From: Minisyncoccota bacterium
GTDB taxonomy: Bacteria > Patescibacteriota > Minisyncoccia > Phycocordibacterales > UBA6065
Direction of reading: 5' to 3'
DNA: 64,000 bases
Assembly (NCBI GenBank): GCA_035546035.1
Contig: DASZXC010000014.1
Span: 1,323 to 65,322 of the forward strand
Positions 28,657 through 36,684 of this stretch are shown in pieces. The notes under the pieces are model-generated. The model had not been told where the DNA came from, did not search any database, and saw only the letters and a program-made list of their open reading frames with translations. A program made the position numbers and the translations under genes. Position 1 is the stretch's first letter. The number at the start of each line of letters is the position of its first letter.

Positions 28657-29085
28657 ATGACAACGATAAATCCTTGGATCAACTTCAACGGCAATGCCGA
28701 AGAGGCGTTCATGTTCTATAGATCGGTATTCGGAGGCGACTTTACGAAAGTCATCCGTTTAAAAGACGTCGCGAGTCAGGAATCCCCGGTATCGGACGCC
28801 GACGCGGAGAAGATCATGCTCATAGCGCTGCCTATCGGCAAAGGCAGCCTATTGATGGCTAACGACGTGCCCGCATCTATGGGCAAGGTGAACGAGAACG
28901 AGAACCGAAGCAAGATTTCCGTCAGTACGGACAGCAAGGAACGGGCGGATGCCATATTCAAGGATCTCTCGGCGGGAGGGCAAATCGAAGTCCCGATGAG
29001 CGAGAGCGCTTGGAGCACTTATTTCGGCATGTTCAGAGATAGATACGGCATAGAGTGGATAATAGAGTTTTCATCCGCTCAATGA
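28657..29085 (+). CDS. VOC family protein (PhnB-like)
   Basis: PWINFNGNAEEA..FY..VFGG and FGMFRDRYGIEW. Confidence 0.9.
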   Translation: MTTINPWINFNGNAEEAFMFYRSVFGGDFTKVIRLKDVASQESPVSDADAEKIMLIALPIGKGSLLMANDVPASMGKVNENENRSKISVSTDSKERADAIFKDLSAGGQIEVPMSESAWSTYFGMFRDRYGIEWIIEFSSAQ

Positions 29086-29465
29086 GCGCTCTGATCGGGA
29101 TTTATATCTAGGCACACCGAATTCATGCAGTAGCGTTTGCCGGTGGCCGTAGGTCCGTCGGCGAATACATGGCCCAGGTGCGAGCCGCAGGTGGCGCAGA
29201 CGATTTCGACGCGATTCATGCCGTATTCATTGTCGGGGACCTCTTTTACCGCGCCGGGCAATGCCTGATCGAATGACGGCCATCCTGTACCGCTTTCGAA
29301 TTTCGCCGTCGAGGGGAAGAGCGGCGTGCCGCAGACCTTGCATGTGTACGTGCCCGATCGCTTCTCGTGCAAAAGCTTCCCGCTGAACGGCGCTTCGGTG
29401 CCTTTTTCGCGGAGGACGTGATATTCCTCCCGAGTGAGCCTCTGCTTCAATTCTTTTTCGTCCAT
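29079..29465 (-). CDS. msrB: Methionine-R-sulfoxide reductase
   Basis: GTEAPF, GWPSF, HLGHVF, RYCMNS and Zn CxxC pairs. Confidence 0.96.
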   Translation of the reverse strand: MDEKELKQRLTREEYHVLREKGTEAPFSGKLLHEKRSGTYTCKVCGTPLFPSTAKFESGTGWPSFDQALPGAVKEVPDNEYGMNRVEIVCATCGSHLGHVFADGPTATGKRYCMNSVCLDINPDQSAH

Positions 29466-29470
29466 ATTTT

Positions 29471-30019
29471 TTATTTTAAGAGCTTTTCGAATCGCTTCTG
29501 GAACTTTTCAAGCTTCGGTGCGATGACGATCTGGCAGTACGGCGCGCTTTTATTATTCTTGTAATAGTCGTGATGATAATCCTCGGCCTCATAGAACGTA
29601 TCAAGAGGCCGTATGTCCGTTACGACAGGCTTGTCGTATGCTCTCGCATCATTCAATTCTTTGATCAGACCCGCCGCTTTCTGCCTTTGTCTGTCGTCGG
29701 CGTAAAAGATCGCCGAGCGATATTGGGTTCCCACGTCCGCGCCTTGGCGGTTCAGCGTCGTCGGATCATGGGTGTTGAAGAATACGGCGAGAAGGTCGTC
29801 ATATGATACGGCCGACGGATCATATTCTATTTCGATCGCTTCGGCATGGCCTGTTCGGCCCGTCGAGACTTCGTCGTACGTTGGATCAACCTTGGTTCCT
29901 CCCGTATATCCCGGCTTTACCGATATGACTCCCTTAAGCATAGAGAAAACCGCTTCGGTGCACCAGAAGCAGCCGTTCGCGAACACCGCTTTTTCGTATA
30001 TCGCATCGCGCTCCGCCAT
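29471..30019 (-). CDS. msrA: Methionine-S-sulfoxide reductase
   Basis: GCFWC, GHAE, HDPTTLNRQG, AEDYH; TATACT 6 nt before ATG 30019. Confidence 0.96.
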   Translation of the reverse strand: MAERDAIYEKAVFANGCFWCTEAVFSMLKGVISVKPGYTGGTKVDPTYDEVSTGRTGHAEAIEIEYDPSAVSYDDLLAVFFNTHDPTTLNRQGADVGTQYRSAIFYADDRQRQKAAGLIKELNDARAYDKPVVTDIRPLDTFYEAEDYHHDYYKNNKSAPYCQIVIAPKLEKFQKRFEKLLK

Positions 30020-30031
30020 GTCTGAAGTATA

Positions 30032-30057
30032 GCAAAAACGCCTTTCGGCGTTTTTGC
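30032..30057 (-). terminator. Intrinsic terminator
   Basis: GCAAAAACGCC / GGCGTTTTTGC stem. Confidence 0.7.
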
Positions 30058-30077
30058 GAGGCGTTTCCTGAAAGCGG

Positions 30078-30953
30078 CTAGCGGCAAATAAATGTCGTAC
30101 CCGAGCTCGATGTCTCATAACCGCAGCTCATGCTTACGCTCGTGCCGGTGACGGTTCCCGGATACGGGTTCCAGTTTGATTTCGAGACGCCGAAGCTACT
30201 GCTCGCATTCGCTGCGCTGCTATCGGCCTGGGTCGAAGAGCTGATGCCTTGGGCTTGGTCGATAGAAGCATTCCCTCCGACGTTAGACGAACTCGTCGGA
30301 TAGAAGATCCCATTGTACCAATATCCCGTGCCCGAATTGGCCGTCGCGACCGACGTGCTCATGCCGGGAACGTTATTGATCGGATACCAGACTCCGTTAT
30401 TCCAGTAGCCGGCGATGTCTTTCGTGCTCGTCGGAATAACTCCGTACCAGTTACCCTGGTACCAGTATCCCGTAGGGAAGAGCGGAGCGAGCATCGAGGT
30501 GCTAACCGACGTTCCGTTCGTCGAGACCGGGTTGATGGACGTGCCGACATTCATCGCGACGGTCGAGCTTCTGGTCGCGATCCAGGCCGTGATCGAGGCC
30601 TTGCTCAACGGGCCGAAGTAGCCGGTCGCTGGGACCCCATGGGCGCTCTGATATGCGGCGAGCGCCGACTGGGTCATCGCGCCGAAGTATCCTGTCGGAT
30701 AGACGCTCAGATAGCCTTGCTCCGCAAGGAAGCTCTGAAGGTCGTATACATACGCGCCCGTCGATCCTATCGTGAGGTCAGGAGAAGAGGCGAAAGAAGG
30801 CATGCCGGCCGTCGTTCCTGACATAGCCGACACCGACGTCGCGGTATATGTCTGGGCGTTCGCCGCCGCCGCAAGCACGGCGACTCCTATTGCCGCGAGG
30901 ATGAGCGGAGCCCAGAACATGCGCGCGCTGCGGACATTCATGGTGTGGTTCAT
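30078..30953 (-). CDS. Secreted peptidoglycan-binding-domain protein with aromatic repeats
   Basis: Signal peptide; LTIGSTG..V..LQ.FL...TGYFG..T..AL..YQ...TGYFGP (PG_binding_1); three GYWxxGxxY repeats. Confidence 0.85.
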   Translation of the reverse strand: MNHTMNVRSARMFWAPLILAAIGVAVLAAAANAQTYTATSVSAMSGTTAGMPSFASSPDLTIGSTGAYVYDLQSFLAEQGYLSVYPTGYFGAMTQSALAAYQSAHGVPATGYFGPLSKASITAWIATRSSTVAMNVGTSINPVSTNGTSVSTSMLAPLFPTGYWYQGNWYGVIPTSTKDIAGYWNNGVWYPINNVPGMSTSVATANSGTGYWYNGIFYPTSSSNVGGNASIDQAQGISSSTQADSSAANASSSFGVSKSNWNPYPGTVTGTSVSMSCGYETSSSGTTFICR

Positions 30954-31040
30954 AATGTAAGCTTGTTATTGGTAATCCTCAACGAATGAGGGCCACCGAT
31001 ATTACGAACCGATCGTATTCCAGGGTTTCAGCGCGCTGCC

Positions 31041-32048
31041 TTATCGCGCAGGCTTTCCTATGTTTTGGTAGACAATGCTTGAAATTAAGCTGATCACTGC
31101 CTTTAATTTCGAAAAATCAGTGCCGCGAGTCATAACGCAGACGACATAGGGATCGTTCGGCTTGTAGACGATGCCGCAATCATGGAGCTGGCGCTCGATG
31201 ACGGCCCCTGTGAGGTCGTCGAGCGTCGTCTGCTCGCCGAACTTATGCGCGACCGTCGTTCCGGCGGGGACGCCTGCGACGAGGCCGCCATCGAATGTCG
31301 TATGGGAAAGCATGTCGAGGGCGTATTCCGAGAACGAGTTCGGCAGGTACGCTCCGTTGTAGAGCGCGCGGAAGAGTCTCGAATATTCCTGCGCCGAGAG
31401 GAAATCCGGTCCCGACGTCGCCGTCGGCAAGGGCATGCGGAGGTCTACGAATATCTGCGCGAAGGCATTATGTCGTTCGCTGTTCAATATATATGAGCTT
31501 AAGACCTCTTCGGCGGTATTATCGGAATCCTCGATCATGGCCTTGATGAGATCGGCGTTGCTGTACCGGCCGGTCGCAAGCGGGTGCGTCGGCTTGAAAT
31601 TCTGTCCCGGATCGTCTTTGAACGTGTAGAGCTGCTTCTCTGTCATGATGGTCGGGTCGACTTCCTGTATCTTCTGGTAGGCCATCATGATCGACACCTT
31701 GAGCATGCTCGACGGAGTGTATTTCTCAGTCTCGTTCACGCCCATCCAGGATTCATCCACCATGTCTCTCACGTAGACCGAGACGTCCGTCGCGTCTCTC
31801 TGCGCGACGCTTTTGTCTATGAACGACTTGATCTGGCTCTCCAGAGCCTTGTATTGAGGGAAACTGCTCTTGTCGCCGAAGCCGATGAGGAGGATCGGAT
31901 TTATGAATCTATAGTCGGCGGAATTCTCGCGAATGACGCGGCTCGGAATGGGGCGGGGAACGGACATGCCGTATCCGTATCCTGCCCAAAGCCCCGCGGC
32001 TAGAAAGAGGGCCGAAAGGCCGATGACCGCCCAAGTGGTTTTCTTCAT
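31041..32048 (-). CDS. Class A beta-lactamase-like serine hydrolase (paralog 2)
   Basis: SMLK, SDN, HKFG and LHDCGIVY motifs; N-terminal TM. Confidence 0.85.
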   Translation of the reverse strand: MKKTTWAVIGLSALFLAAGLWAGYGYGMSVPRPIPSRVIRENSADYRFINPILLIGFGDKSSFPQYKALESQIKSFIDKSVAQRDATDVSVYVRDMVDESWMGVNETEKYTPSSMLKVSIMMAYQKIQEVDPTIMTEKQLYTFKDDPGQNFKPTHPLATGRYSNADLIKAMIEDSDNTAEEVLSSYILNSERHNAFAQIFVDLRMPLPTATSGPDFLSAQEYSRLFRALYNGAYLPNSFSEYALDMLSHTTFDGGLVAGVPAGTTVAHKFGEQTTLDDLTGAVIERQLHDCGIVYKPNDPYVVCVMTRGTDFSKLKAVISLISSIVYQNIGKPAR

Positions 32049-32240
32049 CGCCTCTCATATTAATCCGTTGAATCAATCCCGTCGAGGCCTGACGTATTAG
32101 CGGATGAAAGGCCTCTTAAACTGCCTTTTACAGATCGAGTCCTTCCTTACCTCCGCAGCAGGGTGGGACATACCAACGCAAGGCTCGCAAGAGCTTTTTT
32201 TGTTTGCGGAACCTTAACCGACTTAATATTTACAAGTCAT

Positions 32241-33950
32241 ATGAATCATTTCGCACTTGGAAAGCCTAAGGCAGCCCAGAAGGCTTTTTCCGCATTGGCG
32301 ATCATGGCTCTCTCCGTAGGAGGCTTCGCAAGCCTCTTCTCGGCGTCCATCGCTCATGCGGACAACGGCTTCATCATAGAACAGGTGAGCATCGTGCCTT
32401 CGACGGGCGCGCTCACGTCAGGCCAGAGCGCGGACGTGTATTTCACCGCATCGAATCATGATGCCACCGCTTCCTTGAACGGCGCGTGTACGGTGAACGA
32501 CGTCGATGTATCGCCTTCGTTCCAGAATCTCACCGGCGGCCTCTACAAGGTGGTCTATACCGTAGGTCCTTCGGATACCGAACGCGCCTCCGGCCAGATC
32601 CCCGTCAATTGTTCGTTCGCAAACGCTTCGTCCTCGACGGCGCAAGCGGTCACATTCACGGATTCGAACAGCGTCAAGGTCGATACCAATAATGACGGTA
32701 TCGTGACGGGAAGCGGCGGCGCGGGAACGACGACGCCGGCTTCGTTTATAGCGTCTGTGTCGGCGGTACCTGACTCCGGGACGATATCCGAAGGCCAGTC
32801 TGCCGACGTGTACTTCACCGCGGGAGGCCATGATAGTAAGGTCGCTTTGAACGGCGCATGTACGGTCAACAATGTCGACGTCGCATCGTCGTTCCAGAAT
32901 CTTACGGATGGCCTTTATAAGGTGGTCTATACCGTCGGCGCATCAGATACGGACCGAGCCGCGGGCCAGATCCCGGTAAGCTGTCTATTCCAGAACGGTG
33001 CCGGCTCTACAACGGCTGTCTCTGGATTCACTGATCAGAACTCTCTTGCCGTCATGATAAACGGCGCTGGAGGCGATAATGGCGGCAACAACGGAGGAAG
33101 CGGCGGCGGCAATGGAGGAGACAATGACGGTAACAGCGGAACCACGACTTCTCCTGTTACGAGTGCTCAGCTGATCTCTGCGGTCAGCATCATCCCAAGC
33201 TCGGGTACGCTTAGCGACGGACAATCGGCCGATATCTATTTCAGCGCAACGTCGAGCGACGCTAATCTCACGCTCGGCGGAGCATGCAATGTCAACGACG
33301 TGAATGTGGCATCGTCGTTCCAGAATCTTACCGGCGGCCTCTACAAGGTGGTCTATACCATAGGCTCGACATCTGCCGATCGAGCCGCAGGCCAGATTCC
33401 ATTAAGCTGCATGTTCCAGAATCAGGCCGGCGCGACCTCGACGGTCGTCGCATTCACCGATTCGAATACCCTCGCTATCGATTCAAGCGCCCAGAGCGGC
33501 GGCGATAACGGAGGCTCGAATACGGGCGGATCGATGGGCGGCACGGTTACCGGCGGTGGCGACGCCGATCTCGCGGTCACATCCGTCGAACAGGCGTCGG
33601 ATACCGCGACGGCGGGAGGCGGATACGGGAGCGGCTGGGCGTGGATCTTCCATGTGACGGTCCCTTCGGACGAGACGAGCCTTTCGATGAAGTTCGCCGA
33701 TTGGGTTCACTCGAACGGCACGGACCATATCGCAGCGGCTGACAACATAAGGTTCTGGTCTTTGCAGGCCCAGTCTACCTCGACCGTAGCCATCGCCGCG
33801 GCTGACGCGTATTCGGGCGCCCTCATCCTTACGGGTGATGCGGATAGCAATACGCCGGGCAGGCAGGTAGACATCCACGTCGAGATGCAGGTCCCATCGA
33901 ATGCCGTCAACGGCTCGTATACCACGAACTACGGCATCAAGACGGAATAG
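32241..33950 (+). CDS. Secreted protein with three tandem ~105-aa Cys-containing beta repeats
   Basis: Signal peptide ending AHA; three copies of GQSADVYF...ACxVNxVxV..SFQNLT.GLYKVVYT.G...RA.GQIP..C.F; distinct C-terminal domain. Confidence 0.85.
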   Translation: MNHFALGKPKAAQKAFSALAIMALSVGGFASLFSASIAHADNGFIIEQVSIVPSTGALTSGQSADVYFTASNHDATASLNGACTVNDVDVSPSFQNLTGGLYKVVYTVGPSDTERASGQIPVNCSFANASSSTAQAVTFTDSNSVKVDTNNDGIVTGSGGAGTTTPASFIASVSAVPDSGTISEGQSADVYFTAGGHDSKVALNGACTVNNVDVASSFQNLTDGLYKVVYTVGASDTDRAAGQIPVSCLFQNGAGSTTAVSGFTDQNSLAVMINGAGGDNGGNNGGSGGGNGGDNDGNSGTTTSPVTSAQLISAVSIIPSSGTLSDGQSADIYFSATSSDANLTLGGACNVNDVNVASSFQNLTGGLYKVVYTIGSTSADRAAGQIPLSCMFQNQAGATSTVVAFTDSNTLAIDSSAQSGGDNGGSNTGGSMGGTVTGGGDADLAVTSVEQASDTATAGGGYGSGWAWIFHVTVPSDETSLSMKFADWVHSNGTDHIAAADNIRFWSLQAQSTSTVAIAAADAYSGALILTGDADSNTPGRQVDIHVEMQVPSNAVNGSYTTNYGIKTE

Positions 33951-33976
33951 CTTACAGAGATTAACTAACGAGCCCT

Positions 33977-34603
33977 ATGAACATCAAACTGCGCAATATC
34001 GCGAATGCGGTCCTACCGCCAGCCTTGGCGCTCGTTCTCGCCATTCTCGGAGCACGGCAAGCCGGCGCGACTGAAATAACCGGAACGCTCTCTCTCGGCG
34101 TCGGCACCCAGTCCGGCGGCACGAATAGCGACGGAAGTATCGGCGGTACCGTCATCGGAGGGGTCAATCCTTCTTCGAGCGGCGGAAGCTCGTCTGGATC
34201 TTCCGGCGGCGTTGTCGCGGCCCGATCGGGCGGCAATAGCAGGTCTTCCGGAGGAAGCGCTTCGACGCTCTCGTCCGGCATACAGAGCGACGGCACTCTC
34301 GCATCAGTGTCCGAATTCACGGGCACTGGCGGGGGCTACGACCCGTCTCTCGACACCTACCTCGCCAGTCCTGATGCAGGTCCGGACGACGCATCGCTCT
34401 CTGCTTCAGACGCCATCGCGTACAACAGCGCGCAACAGGCGGTCTCATCCCTCAGCCAAACTGATAATACCGCCGCCGCCGCGAATTCGGGCAGGACTAT
34501 GGGTATAGTCATGGCGATACTTCTCGGCCTTGCGGTGGCCGGACTCGGAGGATATGCGGTGTCAGCCTATATGGCATATCGCAGGGAAGGAGGGGATATG
34601 TAG
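33977..34603 (+). CDS. Secreted Gly/Ser-rich protein with C-terminal TM
   Basis: Signal peptide, low-complexity middle region, TM followed by YRRE. Confidence 0.7.
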   Translation: MNIKLRNIANAVLPPALALVLAILGARQAGATEITGTLSLGVGTQSGGTNSDGSIGGTVIGGVNPSSSGGSSSGSSGGVVAARSGGNSRSSGGSASTLSSGIQSDGTLASVSEFTGTGGGYDPSLDTYLASPDAGPDDASLSASDAIAYNSAQQAVSSLSQTDNTAAAANSGRTMGIVMAILLGLAVAGLGGYAVSAYMAYRREGGDM

Positions 34604-34620
34604 AGGATTCGCGAAAGCGA

Positions 34621-34661
34621 GCAAAAGAAAGCCAGATACTACTTGTCTGGCTTTCTTTTGC
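34621..34661 (+). terminator. Intrinsic terminator
   Basis: 16-bp inverted repeat GCAAAAGAAAGCCAGA / TCTGGCTTTCTTTTGC. Confidence 0.8.
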
Positions 34662-34705
34662 CTCCTGCCGCGATTTTTCGTCAGGATGACGTATAATTAA
34701 AAGAT

Positions 34706-35089
34706 ATGATTCAAAGAACGCTCAAAGGAATGGGGATCGGGCTCACTCCTGCCATCGAGGCGGCGGTCGATAAGGTCGTCCAGTCTTTAGAAAAATATGT
34801 CGAGGCCGATGATTCGAGCGCTCGCGCCGATATCGAGGTCGGCAAGACGACTAGCCATCACCGATCTGGCGACGTTTTCAGGGCAGAGGTCAATTTCCAT
34901 ACCCGTCACGGCGATATCCGGGCCGAGGCGGAGAAAGAAGACCTCTATGTCGCTCTCGCCGCGGCTAAAGACGAGCTCGTCGAATCGCTTCGCTCGAAAA
35001 AGGCCAAAAGGGCCGATTTTATAAAGCGATCGGGCCTTGCGGTGAAGAACATGCTCAAGGGTTTGCCTTGGAAGAAAGGGAGAGAGTAG
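34706..35089 (+). CDS. hpf: Ribosome hibernation factor HPF/RaiA family
   Basis: LTPAI...V..LEKY...FRAEVN...RAEAEKEDLYVAL...KDEL. Confidence 0.85.
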   Translation: MIQRTLKGMGIGLTPAIEAAVDKVVQSLEKYVEADDSSARADIEVGKTTSHHRSGDVFRAEVNFHTRHGDIRAEAEKEDLYVALAAAKDELVESLRSKKAKRADFIKRSGLAVKNMLKGLPWKKGRE

Positions 35090-35098
35090 AATATATGC

Positions 35099-35257
35099 AT
35101 GAATCTCTCGCAGCTTAACAAGCGGCTCGTGACGTTTTCCGCCGTGGCGCTCCTCTTTCTCGGAAGCTTGTCCTATTTCGTATCCGTCGCGTGGAAGAAT
35201 CGCGGCGAGATGCAGGCGCGCGAGGACGCAACGGCCGCGTACATAAACGGCATCTAG
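35099..35257 (+). CDS. Small single-pass membrane protein (52 aa; below the ORF-track cutoff)
   Basis: MNLSQLNKRLVTFSAVALLFLGSLSYFVSVAWKNRGEMQAREDATAAYINGI; fills the hpf-fmt gap exactly. Confidence 0.6.
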   Translation: MNLSQLNKRLVTFSAVALLFLGSLSYFVSVAWKNRGEMQAREDATAAYINGI

Positions 35258-36123
35258 CTATTCGCTCCTCTCCAGAACTCTTCCCACGTCATCTCCTTCC
35301 TTCCTTCGGGGATGACTTTTTTTATGGCGAACGAACCGTTCTCGAAGGCCGCATCGGTGATAGTGACGCGGGTCTTTTCAGGGCCGATGAAAATATAGCT
35401 CTTCGGCCAGGTCTTATACGCATTCCATTTGAGGAAATTCTTGTACGGATCGGCGGAAAGATCCATGAGGCCGTCTTCCTTCGTTATCTTTTTGGCGATA
35501 GTGGCTCTCCCGTGGTCCTGTTCAACGGATTTCAGCGTGCCTGAGGCCAATCCTTCTATCGATCTGACGAGGAGCTCGCCGCCTTTTTCGACGAGGAGCT
35601 TCGCGAGCTCGTCTGCGGGCAACGGCCATCGCGGCGTCGGAACCTCGGCCTGCATGAGAATCGGCCCGTGATCCATGAATCTGTCCATGAGGATAGTCGT
35701 AACGCCTGCCGGCCGCTCGTCGGTGAGGATCGCTGTCTCGATCGGGCTCGCTCCGCGAAGGCGGGGCAGGAGCGACGCATGCAGATTGATGCAGCCAAAC
35801 CTCGGGATTTCGAGGATTTCCTGTCTTATGATCTTGCCGTAGGCGACGACGATGAAGAAATCGAAATTTCCGTCAGCGAGAGCTTTTTTAAACGCCGCGT
35901 CTGATAGATCGTCAGGTTGGAGAACGGGAATGCCGTTTGCCTCGGCCCATATTTTTGCCGGAGGTGGTGTGAGCGCGAGCCTTCGCCCTTGCGGCCGGTC
36001 AGGCTGGGTGATGATGAGTGCCGGGGTCATTCCCGCGTGCTTCATGACGTTGAGGGCCATGACGGCTCTGTCTGGCGTGCCGAAAAAAGCGAATCTCGGC
36101 TGTATGTTCGCGCTTCTTGCCAT
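35254..36123 (-). CDS. fmt: Methionyl-tRNA formyltransferase
   Basis: FFGTP, TQPDRPQGR, VVAYGKI, NLHASLLPRLRGASP, MDHGP. Confidence 0.95.
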   Translation of the reverse strand: MARSANIQPRFAFFGTPDRAVMALNVMKHAGMTPALIITQPDRPQGRRLALTPPPAKIWAEANGIPVLQPDDLSDAAFKKALADGNFDFFIVVAYGKIIRQEILEIPRFGCINLHASLLPRLRGASPIETAILTDERPAGVTTILMDRFMDHGPILMQAEVPTPRWPLPADELAKLLVEKGGELLVRSIEGLASGTLKSVEQDHGRATIAKKITKEDGLMDLSADPYKNFLKWNAYKTWPKSYIFIGPEKTRVTITDAAFENGSFAIKKVIPEGRKEMTWEEFWRGANS

Positions 36124-36672
36124 TTATTTTCGCTCTATCTCATCCGGAGGCAGGTCTTCTAGGTCGGTCGCGCTGTCTATGAAAAGTACGCCGTCGAGGT
36201 GGTCGTTCTCGTGCTGGAATATCTGGGCCAAGAGTCCCGTCCCATCGATCTCGAATGCCTTGCCGCTTTCATTCATCGCCCGGACCGTGGCTTTTCTGGC
36301 CCGCGAGACCTTGCCATAGAGATACCTGACGGAAAGGCAGCCCTCTTCCATCTCTTTCCGATCCTTCGAGAGCTTTAAGACTTTCGGGTTGATGAAGATC
36401 ATGTCGTCTGCTTTCTTTGTGGCCTGCGCCGTCCCCTCTCCTGTCACGGCCTCTTCGCGGAGCATATCGAAAATGCGTCCGGACACGACGAATATGCGCA
36501 AAGACGCGCCGATCTGCGGCGCGGCGATAGCGACGGCATCGTCCTGGCTTTCGATCGCCGCTTTCATGTCGGCGATGATCTTTTTGAGCTCCGGCGTGCC
36601 GAACATCGCCTTCGGAACGGCTCTGGCCGTCTTTCGGAGTATAGGATCTTCTTTCTGGACGATGGTTATCAT
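36124..36672 (-). CDS. def: Peptide deformylase
   Basis: AIAAPQIG, EGCLS, QHENDHLDG. Confidence 0.96.
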   Translation of the reverse strand: MITIVQKEDPILRKTARAVPKAMFGTPELKKIIADMKAAIESQDDAVAIAAPQIGASLRIFVVSGRIFDMLREEAVTGEGTAQATKKADDMIFINPKVLKLSKDRKEMEEGCLSVRYLYGKVSRARKATVRAMNESGKAFEIDGTGLLAQIFQHENDHLDGVLFIDSATDLEDLPPDEIERK

Positions 36673-36684
36673 GGATTCACACTA

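Noticed and set aside
32084-32116. Hammerhead-like CTGACG...GAAA within a GAGGCCT/AGGCCTC stem
   Set aside because: Core is CUGACGU rather than CUGANGA, and stems II and III cannot be formed convincingly.
32160-32190. c-di-GMP-I riboswitch resemblance (GTGGGAC...GCAAGGC)
   Set aside because: Lacks the GGCAAAC/GAAA-tetraloop P2 architecture; kept only as an unassigned leader.
32370-33480. DGR template/variable repeat pair
   Set aside because: Repeats are in-frame domain duplications, differences are not adenine-specific, and no reverse transcriptase is present.
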